A stretch of 64,000 bases of DNA from Octopus vulgaris (lineage: Eukaryota): contig OX597839.1 in the NCBI GenBank assembly GCA_951406725.2, positions 5,642,001 through 5,706,000 of the forward strand, given 5' to 3'. Position numbers and translations under genes: made by a program. Positions 1-15,426 of this stretch are shown in pieces. The notes under the pieces were generated by a model, which saw only the letters and a list, made by a program, of their open reading frames with translations, did not search any database and was not told the DNA's origin. Positions within the stretch are counted from its first letter, which is position 1. Each line of letters starts with the position of its first letter.

Positions 1-133
1 AAATAAGTATGAGTTACGCACTGGGGTCGATATAATCGACTTAATCTGTTTGTGTCCTCTGTGTTTAGCCCCTTGTGGGTAGTAAAGCAATAGGCATTTC
101 GTCCGTATTTACGTTCGGAGTTCAAATTCCGTC
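1..133 (+). mobile_element. SINE family A, partial (multimer junction)
   Basis: Matches the family A body (gttacgcactggggtcgatataatcgacttaa...agccccttgtgggtagtaaag), then re-enters at g(c/t)atttcgtc...gagttcaaattcc. Confidence 0.85.
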
Positions 134-223
134 CCCTATGGGACCGCTGCATTTAAGGGACAAATATACTTTATGTGTGTATGTGTGCGCGCATGTATAT
201 ATTATATGTTATATATATATATA

Positions 224-373
224 TATTGGGTCATCCCATAAATAATGCGGTTCTTTTATACTTCTTTTATTTTTCAAAATTAAGATAAACAAAGTTCTTT
301 TTTAATCTAAAATATACTCTCCTTCATTTTCTACAATGCTCTTCCTCCTATCTGGGAGACTTGCAAGGCCCCT
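224..373 (-). pseudogene. Tc1/mariner transposon 3' relic (transposase C-terminus + TIR)
   Basis: Minus strand translates [23 protein letters not shown] (mariner-type C-terminal G-x-x-x-LP-x-RW...G-x-Y motif, W changed to R); terminus TA-ttgggtcatcccataa abuts (TA)n. Confidence 0.75.
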
Positions 374-408
374 ATTTTATAGTTCACTTGTATATATATA
401 TACCAGTT

Positions 409-507
<99 letters not shown>

Positions 508-745
508 ATGTATATACGAAGGGCCTCTTTCAGTTTCCGTCCACCAAATCCATTCACAAAACATTGGTGCCATGCAGCGGGACTGAACCCGAACCCATGT
601 GGCGTGTATATATACAAAAGCCGAAGACGACTTTCCCTTTCATCCTTTCTGGGGGCGATAATTAAGTGACAGTGAAATACTGGGGTCAATATAATCGACT
701 AGTCCTCCTTGCCAAAATGGCTGTTCTTGAAGTAAAATTTGAAAC

Positions 746-1481
<736 letters not shown>

Positions 1482-1647
1482 GCTGATATTCTTTCTGTTG
1501 TCATAATAGTTAGCACCGCTATTATTGCTTTTGTTGGTATTGCCGTCGCGTTGCTAGTGTGGCATTCCCCAGTTATTATTGCAAATGTTGTTTCGCACGT
1601 CGTTATTATTTATGCCATTTTATGCTGTTGCTGCTGCTGTTGTTGCT

Positions 1648-2224
1648 TGTTGAGCGAAGCGGTCTTCGTCCTGTAGTGAGAGAAGTCCGAAACGTGGTCC
1701 TTTGCTATTCGTATGACCCGCAGAAGAGAAAGCAGGTCAACCCCCGACACCGAGAGCATCGACGGATGGATGGATGAATGCGCATCCAGGCTCAAGCGTT
1801 TGCGCAGGAAGTCGGGGGGGGGGGACAAGAAACAGGAAGAAAGAGTGAAAGAAAGTTGGAGCGAAAGAGTACAACAAGGGTCACCACCATCCCCTGCCGG
1901 AGCCTCGCGGAGCTTTAGGTGTTTTCGCTCAATAAACACACACAATGCCCGGTATGGGAATCGAAACCACGAGTCCGCTGCCCTAACCACTGGGCCAGGC
2001 TCAGCGGTTGCATAGGAAGTTGAGGACAAAAAACAGGAAGAAAGAGTGAGAGAAAGTTGGAGCGAAAGAGTACAACAGAGGTCACCACCATCCCCTGCCG
2101 GAGCCCCGTGGAGGTTTAGATGTTTTCGCTCAATAAACACACACAATGCCCGGTATGGGAATCGAAACCGCGATCCTCCGACCGCGAGTCCGCTGCCCTA
2201 ACCACTGGGCCATTGTGCCTCCAC
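1648..2224 (-). mobile_element. SINE family C, tandem composite with tail type 4
   Basis: Head gtggaggcacaatggcccagtggttagggcagcggactcgcgg...gtttcgattccc (Pol III A and B boxes) at 2224, second partial head near 1993, then a tail not seen on other C copies. Confidence 0.8.
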
Positions 2225-2473
2225 TGCTGTTGTTGCTCTTGTTGTTATTGTGTCTACAGCATGTTTTTGTTCTTATTGTTTTCATTTTCCTTGTTGTTGT
2301 TGCTGTTGTTCTTGCTGATGATAATTTGTTGCGTTCTTCAGTGACTTTGGGTTTCTGCTGTTTGGTTTGTCGATAATATTATTTATGCTTCTTGACGTTG
2401 TTTTTATTATTGTCTACAACGCGCTTTTATTTCCTTGTTTTTATTCTTGTTGCGCTGTTCTTGTGCTTGCTGT

Positions 2474-2480
2474 TGATGAC

Positions 2481-2521
<41 letters not shown>

Positions 2522-2522
2522 C

Positions 2523-2590
<68 letters not shown>

Positions 2591-2716
2591 CGACGATGAT
2601 GATGATGATGATGATGATAACGATGATGATGATGATGATGATGATGATGACGATGATGATGATGACGATGATGATAACGATGATGATGATGATGATGATG
2701 ACGATGATGATGAAAC

Positions 2717-2754
<38 letters not shown>

Positions 2755-2776
2755 CGATGATGATGACGATGATAAC

Positions 2777-2808
<32 letters not shown>

Positions 2809-2839
2809 CGATGATGATGACGATGATGATGATGATAAC

Positions 2840-2871
<32 letters not shown>

Positions 2872-2882
2872 CGATGATGATA

Positions 2883-2914
<32 letters not shown>

Positions 2915-2926
2915 AACGATGATAAC

Positions 2927-2975
<49 letters not shown>
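2474..2975. repeat. (GAT)n microsatellite
   Basis: Directly visible. Confidence 0.97.
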
Positions 2976-3544
2976 CTGTTGTTGTTCATCATTTGACGTA
3001 AATAGACAGAAAAGTAAAAACAAATTAGAAGCAGCAACAAATAAAAACTTCAAGGACCACGGCAAGCCCAATATCCTTTTTCCTTGAGGAAATGGACTCT
3101 TGTGTTCCTCAAATGTAGAAAGAATGGCAGTTAAAAAGGGAGAAACGGCGTGAAAAACAGCAGCAACAACAAGCAGAACATCAAAGCAACGAACGAAAGG
3201 GATGGAGAAGGAGAGAGAAAATGGCGGCGGCGACGTTAAAGACAGAATTAATAGGGTGCTACTTATTTCGTACGTCGGTGGTGAGACAATTTTAGTGTTG
3301 GCTGAGGTCGTTCACTTTGTTCTACGAGTATAGAGAAGTGCAGAGACGTTGGCAGGATGGGATTTTGTTGTATGCGTATGACCCATGAATTCGATCTCGT
3401 TGTGAAGCACGCTGTTCGGGTGGATGCCATGTGTAATGGGTTCTTTGGCGAGCGAGAGGCGAAAGGAAATTTTGAGAGACCGAAAGTGTGAAAACGTTGC
3501 GAATACGTACATAAATAGATACTTAAATACATACATAAATACAT

Positions 3545-3990
3545 ACACACATGCATAAATATATTCATACATATATAAATACATACACGCATACATACAT
3601 GCAAAACATACATAAATATATTCATACATATATAAATACATATATAAATACATACACGCATACATACATGCAAAACATACATACATATATACGCATAAAC
3701 ACATACATACATTCATATACATAAAACATACATACATGCACACAAATGCATAAATATATTCATACATGTATAAATACATACACGCATACATACATGCAAA
3801 ACATACATATATACGCATAAACACATACATACATTCATATACATTCCTATACATACATGCACACACATGCATAAATATATTCATACATATATAAATACAT
3901 ACACGCATACTTACATGCAAAACATACATATATACGCATAAACACATACATACATTCATATACATAACACATACATACATACATACACAC
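3545..3990. repeat. Higher-order minisatellite (~121-bp unit) built from ATAC/AT motifs
   Basis: gcataaatatattcatacat recurs at about 3553, 3611, 3748 and 3869. Confidence 0.8.
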
Positions 3991-4154
3991 ATGCATATAC
4001 ACACACATATATACATACGCACTCACACATACATATATACATATTTACATACATGTATATGTAACGATGTACATATGCGGCGTGTATATCTATGTATAAA
4101 TGTGTGTGTTTATGGATGTACTACTGTATGTCTATCTTTCTTTGTGTGTGTGTG

Positions 4155-4220
<66 letters not shown>

Positions 4221-4322
4221 TGTGTGTGTGTGTGTGTGTGTGTGTTCGTGTGTGTGTGTGCCCGCGCATATAAATGCATAAATTTATAAATTCCACTCAT
4301 TAATTGTTTTTATTACTAATAC

Positions 4323-4390
<68 letters not shown>

Positions 4391-4432
4391 AAGTGATTAA
4401 AATCAAAATAAGCAACAGGATATCCAGAGGTA

Positions 4433-4521
4433 ATGCAGTACGATCGTTTCAAGCCACTCCATTTAATTGAAAAACGCAATCATTACATCAGTTTAAAATG
4501 CAGAGCAATCCTCGGCTGCAT
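4433..4521 (-). ncRNA. Type I hammerhead ribozyme motif (U4C core variant)
   Basis: AUGCAG-CCGAGGA-long stem II-GAAAC-GAUC-GUA/CUGCAU; 6-bp stem I; palindromic stem III ACGAUCGU; homologous to 37744-37831 with compensatory stem I changes. Confidence 0.75.
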
Positions 4522-5229
4522 AAAGACATAGAAATTAATTAAATTAAAACAGATAGAAACATTAATATAATTTTACCCACAACCTCCAAGAAAGTAAGGA
4601 GATAGACAACATGTTCTTTATTCTACCACAGAACTGCGTAGTATAATATCCTTTTCTACTCTAGGCAAGAGGCCCGAAATTTTGAGGGAGGGGCTCAGTT
4701 GATTAAATCGATCCCAGTACACATCTGGTACTTAATTTATTGACCCCGAAAGGATGAAAAGCCAAGTCAATGTCAGTCTACATACTCTAAGTGGGGATAT
4801 TTTTTAGAGGTAGGTATTCCAGCCGTAACCTTCCAGAAGTGTTACCAATGCGCAGAGAATGTAGACGAATATTTTCGTAAATCAAAGATTTCTCTTCTTC
4901 CTACTCGCCATTGCCATCATACCTACGACTAGCATTGCCATTATCAGCATTATCAACATATTTGGCATCGACCATCATCAGCATCGGCAGTGTAGTCGGC
5001 ATCATCGTCGTCATCATCATTGTCAACATATTTATCAGCCAGCATCATCATCAGCTTTGTCATCAACATCATCAACATCATATCGTCATGATCAACATGT
5101 TTAGCTTCCACTGTCATAGCATTCCCCACATCATAATCGTCGGTTTTATTATCACCACGATCATCGTCGTCATTATCATCATCATCATCATTATCGTCAT
5201 TATCGTCATCGTCATCATCATGATTGATC

Positions 5230-5454
5230 ATCGTCGTCATCATCATCATTGCCGTCATCATCATCATTGCCGTCATCATCATCATTGCCGTCATCATCAT
5301 CATTATCGTCATCATCATCATTATCGTCATCATCATCATTATCGTCATCATCAACATTATCGTCATCATCATCATTGTCGTCATCATCAACATTATCGTC
5401 ATCATCATCATTGCCGTCATCATCATCATTATCGTCATCATCATCATTGTCGTC

Positions 5455-5486
<32 letters not shown>

Positions 5487-5820
5487 TGCCGTCATCATCA
5501 TCATTATCGTCATCATCATCATTACCGTCATCATCATCATTACCGTCATCATCATCATTATCGTCATCATCATCATTATCGTCATCATCATCATTATCGT
5601 CATCATCATCATTATCGTCATCATCATCATTATCGTCATCATCATCATTATCGTCATCATCATCATTGCCGTCATCATCATCATTGTCGTCATCATCATC
5701 ATTATCGTCATCATCATCATTGCCGTCATCATCATCATGCCGTCATCATCATCATTGTCGTCATCATCATCATTATCGTCATCATCATCATTATCGTCAT
5801 CATCATCATTATCGTCATCA
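5230..5820. repeat. 18-bp minisatellite (cgtcatcatcatcattay/tgy)n inside a (CAT)n field
   Basis: About 30 units; produces the RHHHHY pseudo-ORF. Confidence 0.92.
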
Positions 5821-6130
5821 TCATTCACATCATGCTTATCATCGTCGTCATCGCTGTCATCAAATTTCGCTACCACCATTATCAGGATAGCCACACTGTC
5901 ATCACTATCATCACCACTACATCCACGGCTGCTTTTCTCACTTTCATCATCATCATCATCGACATCACCATCATCGTCAGCACACGCGAAATAAACAATT
6001 TACTCATCCAATCAAAAGAATTTCAGAAATTCCCCCAAAACGCATGACCTGCAGGGGTAAAACCCCCACCAACCCACCTAGAGTCGCACGCATATATATA
6101 TGTGTGTGAGTGTATGTATGTATTTATGTG

Positions 6131-6214
<84 letters not shown>

Positions 6215-6404
6215 TGTGTGTGTGCGTGTGTGTGTGTAAGTTGTATGCTCATAGTTTTAGAAGAGACGTATAGAAATACGCATTTAGCAGAGTTTGTTAT
6301 CGCTATTGGTTTCGACAATTTTAGCTGAAATACATTCCCGCAAGCGGTATGGAAAGGAATCTTATAATTTGCCTTCAAATATACATGACTATATATATAT
6401 ACAT

Positions 6405-6525
<121 letters not shown>

Positions 6526-7284
6526 TATGTATAATATGTATGTATGTATGTATGTATATATATATATATATATGTATGTATATATATATGTATGTATGTA
6601 TATGTATATATATATATGTATGTATATATATATATGTATGTATGTATATATATATAAGTATATATATATGTATGTATATATATATGTATATATATATATA
6701 TTGTCTCTATATATATATATGTATGTATATATATATGTATATATATGTATGTATGTATATATATATGTATATATATGTATATATATATATACATATATAT
6801 ATATACATATATATATGCATGTATATATATGTGTGTATGTATATACATATATATATATACTTATATATATATGTATATATGTATACATATATACATGTAT
6901 ATATATATATATATATGTAGTACACACAGACACACACAAACAGTAGAGGAAGAATATCAAAATGTTCCTATTTGATTATTTAAACATAGTAACAAACAGT
7001 TTCAAAGTTTTACAATCTAATTGACTTATATTTAAAGTACTTCTTACCACATATATACGTAAAACATGGGCGCCTACACGTCTACACATAAATACACCTA
7101 AACGTGCATACGCACTGCTCTATAGCGTATAAAGTTATACATCCGCGCAAAATGTGTGTCTGTGTGTGTGTTTTTGTGTGTGTGTGTGTGTGTTGGGTGT
7201 GTGTGTGTGCGTACAAGTGTATGCATGTATGTATATATTTATACATATGATGGGTAGATAGATAGATAGATAGGTAAGCAGGTA

Positions 7285-7379
<95 letters not shown>

Positions 7380-7416
7380 TGATAGATAGATAGTTACATA
7401 GATATACATACATATT

Positions 7417-7462
<46 letters not shown>

Positions 7463-7607
7463 TAGAGAGATACATGCATAGATAGATTGATAGATAGATA
7501 GAGTGATAGATAGATAGTTAGATATATATACATACTTATATATATATTAAGAGAGAGAGAGACAGACAGACAGACAGATAGATAGATAGGTAGATAGATA
7601 GATAGAC

Positions 7608-7656
<49 letters not shown>

Positions 7657-7663
7657 TATATAT

Positions 7664-7702
<39 letters not shown>

Positions 7703-7703
7703 T

Positions 7704-7811
<108 letters not shown>

Positions 7812-8422
7812 GTAGATAGATAGATAGATATGTGAAGAGATAGACGGATGGATAGGCAGATATTTCTGCATGTTGTAATATATTCATATGTTCGAGTAAC
7901 ATATATTTGGTATATATTCTTACGTCATATATGTATGCAAGCATGTAAAAACGCACGTACAAAATGCCATAGAGTTATTTTTTCACTCACACAAATGTGC
8001 GTATCTACACTCGCAAACATATACATAACTTATATGCTTGTTTCGTTTGTAAGTGTATTATGTTTAAAAATAATTTAGAATGAGTTTCATGAAAAATTAT
8101 TCATGAAGATGAAGAAAAATAAAAATGATTCTATACATTTATAGAGATTTGTTTGTGCATAAATATTTAAGTACAGTTTCCTACATAAATTTTCAAATTA
8201 TTTGCGTATATTTACCTATGTCGGTGTATATGTATGTTTGTATGCTTCCCTGTCTCTTTGTGTGTAAGCGTGTGTTTCTCTCAACGAAACGCAGTCCATA
8301 TAGTAAAGCATACATATAATATAATCCGTTATTTATAAAACAATGTTACGCAAGATTTCATATGCAAGGCAATGCAACAAAACCATGTGTATATATATAT
8401 GTTTTTATGTTTCTCTGTGTAT

Positions 8423-8467
8423 ATTCCACTGATGAGGCAAAGCATTTCGAAATGCAACGTCAGAAAT
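8423..8467 (+). ncRNA. Degenerate type I hammerhead motif in a small element (~8401-8683) ending in (TA)n
   Basis: CUGAUGA-G...C-GAAA-UGCAAC-GUC; stems I and II weak; 3' hairpin at 8643-8680 just before (TA)n. Confidence 0.5.
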
Positions 8468-8680
8468 CCGGGATCTCGAATTATCCAGTAATTTTTTACT
8501 AGTTTTATTTTGTCCTTTTTGTTTTCTCTCCTTGTGATATATGAACACTTAATGTGGTCTTAGAGTCAGGGCCTGGCTGCTGTTTTCAGCATGCTCTAAG
8601 TTATAATAAATTTGAAGGTTTTTATTTCCATGCTGGCCACTTGATAAGATCGCTATTTAATTTAAATTAACGATCTTATC

Positions 8681-8716
<36 letters not shown>

Positions 8717-8721
8717 TATGC

Positions 8722-8960
8722 CAAGCATAGACTGGCATATTTCAGTCATATTATGCGGAGAAAATCCCTGGAGAAGGACATGGTCAGTGGTAAGAGAGGA
8801 AGAGGCCGACCAAGAACCCGCTGGCTTGACAAAATCAAGAGTGATACCGGAATGGACATAGCCAATCTGAAAGAAGCGGCCCAGGATAGAACTGACTGGC
8901 GGACACTGATCCAACGAGTAACCGAGAGTCGACTTCGACTGAGCGGATAGATAGATAGAT
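8722..8960 (+). pseudogene. RTE/BovB-like LINE 3' fragment
   Basis: LAYFSHIMRRKSLEKDM..GKRGRGRPRTRWLD..AAQDRTDWR..ESRLRLSG* resembles the BovB/RTE ORF C-terminus; (TAGA)n tail follows the stop. Confidence 0.88.
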
Positions 8961-9497
8961 ATATACGCATATATATATTTACGTATATATCATGTCATTC
9001 TTTCAGTTTCCGTCTACCAAATCCACTTACAAGGTTTTGGTCAACCCGAGGCTATAGCAGAAAACCCTTGCCCAAGGTGCCGCGCAGTGGGACCGAACGG
9101 ATAAACTTGTGGTCGAGAAGCAAACTTCTTACCACCAAACCACACCTGCGCCGGCTCATTCTGGCTTTGTGAAGCCCAGTTTCAGAATAGTGGTAAAGAA
9201 GTAGTTAGCTACCTAGCCAAGTACCCCGAAAATTACAGGTATCAGTTAGGAATTTGACCCCGTCTCTAGTATTTCTTTATCCGTTTCAGTTCTAGCCCAA
9301 AAGCTATGGCCATGCTGGAGCACTATCATTTATGCAAATTTCTCATTATATCAACGTCTGCACGATGACTGGTTTCCTTCGATATTCAATAAGTATGTAT
9401 TCCGTCTCATTATATCATGTCTGTAGCATTTCTTATCCTCACGACTATTCCTACAAATATATGTGGATGTGTGTGTATGAATGTATGAATGTTTGCA

Positions 9498-9528
<31 letters not shown>

Positions 9529-9534
9529 TTACGT

Positions 9535-9871
9535 CCTTTCGATTCCCAGACCGGGCGTTGTGAGTGTTTATTGAGCGAAAACACCTAAAGCTCAACGAGG
9601 CTCCGGCAGGGGATGGTGGTGATCCCTGCTGTACTTTTTCACCACAACTTTCTCTCACTCTTACTTCCTGTTTCAGTTGTACCTGTATTTCAAAGGGCCG
9701 GCCTTGTCACTCTCTGTGTCACGCTGAATATCCCCGAGAACTACGTTAAGGGTACACGTGTCTGTGGAATGCTCAGCCACTTACACGTTAATTTCACGAG
9801 CAGGCTGTTCCGTTGATTCGGATCAACCGGAAGCCTCGTCGTCGTAACCGACGGAGTGCTTCCATCCATCC
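9535..9871 (+). mobile_element. SINE family C, tail type 1, 5'-truncated
   Basis: Identity to 14765-15152 and 28745-29131; TSD atatttacgt (9525-9534 / 9872-9881). Confidence 0.9.
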
Positions 9872-9889
9872 ATATTTACGTACCTATAT

Positions 9890-10192
9890 TGTTTGTTCCT
9901 TCTCGAGCCATGCCTGGCTCATAAGGGCCGGTTTCCCGGTTTCCTTGGCGTAGAGGTTCCCCGCCTGGACGGGACGCCGGTCCGTCACAGGTGAGCTGCA
10001 AGATGCAGGAGGAAAGAGTGAGAGAAATTTGTGACGAAAGAGTCAGCAGATGTTCGCCATTACCTTCTGCCGGAGCCGCGTGGAGCTTAGGTGTTTCGCT
10101 CAAAAACACACACATCACCCGATCTGAAATTCGAACCCGCGATCCTTCGACCACGAGTCCATTGCTCTAACCACTAGGCCATGTGCTTCCAC
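9890..10192 (-). mobile_element. SINE family C, tail type 2
   Basis: C-type head; tail cagctcacctgtgacggaccggcgtcccgtccagg...gagaaggaacaaac shared with 24415 and 27449. Confidence 0.88.
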
Positions 10193-10296
10193 AACAGATG
10201 AACAAATGTATCTATATATCTTAAATGCATATGAATGTATTTACGAATATATATACATAGAGGTGGGCGCGCGTTTGTGTGTCTATATACATATAA

Positions 10297-10526
10297 GGTG
10301 GCGAGCTGGCAGAAACGGTAGCACGCCGGGCGAAATGCGTAGCCGTATTTCGTCTGCCGTTACGTTCTGAGTTCAAATTCCGCCGAGGTTGACTTTGCCT
10401 TTCATCCTTTCGGGGTCGATAAATTAAGTACCAGTTACGCACTGGGGTCGATGGAATCGACTTAATCCCTTTCTCTGCCCTTGTTTGTCCCCTCTATGTT
10501 TAGCTCCTTGTAGGTAGTAAAGAAAT
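10297..10526 (+). mobile_element. SINE family A, full monomer
   Basis: tRNA-like head gg(t)ggcgagctggcagaaac...gagttcaaattcc, body ctttgcctttcatcctttcggggtcgataaa, tail gtaaagaaata. Confidence 0.9.
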
Positions 10527-10562
10527 ATATATACATATATATATATATATATGTATATAGAC

Positions 10563-10613
<51 letters not shown>

Positions 10614-10890
10614 TATGTATCTATATGTATATATATGTTTATATGTATAAGAAAGTATTTCTCAATTTCTGTACACACACGTGTATGTGTGCGTGTGTGA
10701 GTGTGTGCTTGTGTTTGTGTGTGTGCACGGTCTAGACATTTTGGTCAGCCAATCATCTACCTCCGTCGTTACTGCAAATATTTAAGAAGCCCCATCTTCA
10801 AAGGATCCGAAATTGAAGGAGATGGCCATCATCAATTTAAGTTAACAATCATAAGTAATAATTCACACACACACACATACCTATACATGC

Positions 10891-10946
<56 letters not shown>

Positions 10947-10982
10947 AAATAAATAGATAGATATAGATATATGTATGTAAAC

Positions 10983-11027
<45 letters not shown>

Positions 11028-11391
11028 CATATATATATGTATTTATATGCATATATATATATATGTATATATACATACATCTCTCTCTCTCTATATATAT
11101 ATATATATGTATATATGTATATACGTACATATACCTATACACATTACACATATACATACATATATATATATATATATGTGTATATATACAGATATATGCA
11201 TATATCTATACATACATATATATACATACAAGCATATTTATACATATACGTATATATACATAGATATATAAATAAATATATGTATATATATATATATATA
11301 TTTACGTATATAGGTTTGTGTATCTATATACATATATATGTGTAAATATATATATGCGCATGTATACGCCCATACGAGCACATACACTCGC

Positions 11392-11437
<46 letters not shown>

Positions 11438-11919
11438 TTACAGACATGCGCGCATATTTAAGTCTTTAATCACCACAATTTACACTCTTGATTGGATTGT
11501 AGTTATCAAAATTAACAAACTGTCAAATTATAGTAACCGATGGTCTCTCGCTGTAGTAAATTGTAATTTTTCGTATCGATCCGAGATCGACAAATTTAGA
11601 AAGTGACTGGCTTGAAGCCAGAACGATCATTATATGAATATATTGAAGTTGATAGAAAATGGAGTTTCATAACAGGTCATAAAAGACTGACCTTTCTGAA
11701 AATATCTGCATCCATTAAAATTAGCAATATTGTCGAGTTGCTATCGTCAGCATCGAATGTTAGATAAGTTGATAGGCCGCTGATGATGTAAAAATTATCA
11801 ACGACCGACAAGGGGTTACAACTATCAAACTTAAATATTCAAAGGGGCCACGAGGATCAGCATCGATTATATTTTCCCAAGGCACCGAGCCAGATTGATG
11901 TTGTTATTGTTGCTGTTGC

Positions 11920-12232
11920 TCTTCTTCTTCTTCTTCTTCTTCTTCTTCTTCTTCTTCTTCTTCTTCTTCTTCTTCTTCTCTCCTTCTTCTTCTTCTTCTT
12001 CTTCTTCTTTTCCTTCTTCTTCTTTTCCTTCTTCTTCTTCTCCTCCTTCTTATCTTCTCCTTCTTCTTTTCCTTCTTCTTCTTCTTTTCTTCTTCTTCTT
12101 CTTCTTCTTCTTCTTCTCCTCCTCCTCCTTCTTCTTCGTCTTCATCCTCTTTTTCTTTTTTCTTTTTCCTCCTCCTTCTCCTCCTCCTCCTCCTCCTCCT
12201 CCTCTTCTTCTTCTTCGTCTTCTTCTTCTTCC
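11920..12232. repeat. (CTT)n/(CCT)n polypyrimidine tract
   Basis: Directly visible. Confidence 0.95.
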
Positions 12233-12699
12233 TCTTGGGCAAGTGTCGTCTACCTTAGACTCAGGCCGACCAAAGACTTGTGAGTGGATTTGGTAGACGG
12301 AAACTGAAATTTGAACTCAGAGCGTAAAGACGGATGAAATACCGTTCAGCACAGGAAGTGCCAGTTTTTACTTTGCTGCTTTACCCGCTAGGAATAGCAG
12401 TCAAGTATACTCCTGCTCCCCTACCTCCAAGACACAAGCCACCGGCTTGGATAACATTGATGGAGGTTTCTTATTCATAGAAAGCACACTGGATGATCAT
12501 GGGTGGAAAGTCTGAGTATGATAACCACCACCAACTACCTCACAGCTACCAACTTACCCTACCACCCAAGGCCACCATCAACATCATCACCCCCACTGTC
12601 GTCATTAACACCCCCACCGCCAGCGATGTCACAAGAGCGGCCACCGCCTCCACGACTATCGACAACTCCGTTACTACAACCTAAAGGGCAGCAGCACGA

Positions 12700-13105
12700 C
12701 TACAACCACCGGCACCATAACCACCACTACCACCAACACCTCCACCGCCGCCGCCGCCGCCACCATCACCAACACCACCCTCAACACCATCACCAGCTCC
12801 GACAACAACAGCAACTCTATCACCACCACCACCAACAACCACAACAACAACCATCACCACCGCCACCACCACCACCACCACCACCACTACCACCACCACC
12901 ACCACCACCACCACCACCACCACCACCACCACTACCAATACCACCACCACCACCACTACCACCACCACCACCACCACCATCACCACCACCACAACCACAA
13001 TCACAACAACAACAACAACCATCACTACCGCCACCACCACCACCACCACCACCACCACCATAAACCACCACCGCCACCACCACCACCACCACCACCACCA
13101 CCACC
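12700..13105. repeat. (ACC)n-rich tract
   Basis: Directly visible. Confidence 0.93.
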
Positions 13106-13414
13106 ATTCAAGGCTCCATAAACCATGTCATGTAATTACGAGACAATTAACATGCGACACTGCACTTAATAACCGCGATCGTTGGTCTGGCTGGCCAACT
13201 GGCTGGTTGGTGGATTTTTCAGGGGGTTATTTTTCTTGTTTTTACTTTTTTTTATTGGGGATAAATGTATAGATCATATATTTACGTTTTTTGGGGGGTT
13301 ATTTTAGAAAATTTTGTTAAATTCTTATTTTATTTCATTTACAGATGTATTTATTAAATATACATTTATTTCTCATTTGGTATGCAGGAGAATTTGAATT
13401 AGAGAGGGATTACA

Positions 13415-13445
<31 letters not shown>

Positions 13446-13504
13446 ACATGTATATATTTATATATGTATATATATTTATGTATGTATATGTATGCATATA
13501 TACG

Positions 13505-13538
<34 letters not shown>

Positions 13539-13577
13539 TATACGTTTATATATAAATATAAACGTATATATATATAC

Positions 13578-13620
<43 letters not shown>

Positions 13621-13712
13621 TAATCCAAACAAGAAAACAAAAAGACAACAACGCAAGGATGTGGAACAAATAAAGTATTATTGGACGCTCAGGAAAGAAG
13701 GGAAGAAGGAGG

Positions 13713-13747
13713 GTTTGACGTTTCGAGAGGAGCTCTTCGTCGGAAAC
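13713..13747 (-). ncRNA. Minimal type I hammerhead motif (U4C) in small element 13616-13750 bounded by (TA)n
   Basis: GUUU-CCGACGA-A-GAGC-UCC-UCUC-GAAAC-GUC/AAAC; same family as 37522-37556. Confidence 0.75.
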
Positions 13748-13790
13748 ATATATATATGTTCATATACATACATACATATCTATGCTTATA

Positions 13791-13835
<45 letters not shown>

Positions 13836-14051
13836 GAATGTGTATATATATATATACATATTCATACATATTTATATACATATATATATGTATATAAATA
13901 TGTTTAATTATGTATAGATATACATACAATTATACATATATATATATATACATATATACACGTACATTTATATACGTATACACACATCTATATACATATA
14001 CACACACAGACATATATGCTGTATACATACATTCGTTTGTGCATTTATATA

Positions 14052-14082
<31 letters not shown>

Positions 14083-14089
14083 TTGTGCT

Positions 14090-14134
<45 letters not shown>

Positions 14135-14407
14135 AGAGAAAGAGAGTTGTGTGTGTTGCATGAACTTGGTGCAACGTTATATAATTTATTGAAAGCTTCT
14201 CGTAAATTGTAAAACTATACCAAGCCATTCTGTCTACATTAATTCATACACAGATAGATGGGAAAGTAGGTAGGTAAATAGACAGACAGATAGATAGGTA
14301 GACAGATAGACAGACAGACAGATGAATAGGCAGACAGACATACCGATAAGTAGCTACATTGAAAGATAGACAGACAAACGGACTGACTGACTGATAGATA
14401 GATAGAT

Positions 14408-14592
14408 ATCTTTCTTTATTACCCACAAGGGGCTAACCATAGAGGGGACAAACAAGGATAGACAAACGAATTAAGTCGATTACATCGACTTCGGTGCGTA
14501 ACTGGTACTTATTAAATCGACCCCGAAAGGATGAAAGGCAAAGTCGACCTCCGTGGAATTTGAACTCAGAACGTAACGGTAGACAAAATACG
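14408..14592 (-). mobile_element. SINE family A, headless unit
   Basis: Reverse complement of the family A body and tail. Confidence 0.85.
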
Positions 14593-14764
14593 GCCACAAC
14601 CAAATCCTGATGAACACACATCGAAATAAGCAGACAGCTATCATTCAGAAATTTAAGACCGTCTTGGAGAGTTCGATTCATTCCATGGGCATCTACAAGG
14701 ACGAATCCGTCCCCGTTGCTGCAACCAAGAAACAAATTGTTCTCCTTTTCTATATTTCAGTGCG

Positions 14765-15152
14765 GGTGTGGAGGTGCAATGGCCCAGTGGTTAGGGCAGC
14801 GGACTCGCGGTCGTAGGATCGTGGTTTCGATTCCCAGACCGGGCGTTGTGAGTGTTTATTGAGCGAAAACACCTAAAGCTCCACGCGACTCCGGCAGGGG
14901 ATGGTGGTGAACCCTGCTGTACTATTTCACCACAACTTTCTCTCACTCTTTCTTCCTGTTTCTGTTGTACCTGTATTTCAAAGGGCCAGCCTTGTCACAC
15001 TCTGTGTCACGCTGAATCTCCCCGAGGACTACGTTCAGGGTACACGTGTCAGTGGAATGCTCAGCCACTTGCACGTTAATTCCACGAGCAAGCTGTTCCG
15101 TTGATCGTATCTGCTGGGACCCTCATCGTCGTAACCGACGGAGTGCTCCTAC
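14765..15152 (+). mobile_element. SINE family C, tail type 1, full length
   Basis: A box tggcccagtgg, B box gtttcgattccc; 12-bp TSD tatttcagtgcg (14753-14764 / 15153-15164). Confidence 0.93.
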
Positions 15153-15426
15153 TATTTCAGTGCGAGTACTGATACCGAAAGCATTTGAACAATTCTCTGA
15201 TGTTGTTGTAGAGAAAGGTCACGTTATTACAAATCGTCCCGGCCTGAGAATCGAAACTACAATCTTACGATAATGAGTGCAACACCCTAACCAGTAAGCC
15301 ACTCTCAAATACAGAACACATGCATCTAAATAAGCAGACAACTACCATTATGAATTTTAAGTCCGTCTTGCAGAGTTCGATTAAGTCCAAGGACATCTAC
15401 AAGGACCGTTGCTTCATCCGGGAAAC

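Noticed and set aside
3221-3510. Possible host exon or start codon (aaaATGGCGGCGGCG; short minus-strand ORF tails)
   Set aside because: The plus frame closes after about 24 codons, no convincing splice sites or recognisable domain; a UTR exon cannot be excluded
14765-14840. tRNA genes at SINE heads
   Set aside because: A and B boxes are present, but each is fused to a repeated body and tail with TSDs and lacks a clean cloverleaf, so these are tRNA-derived SINEs
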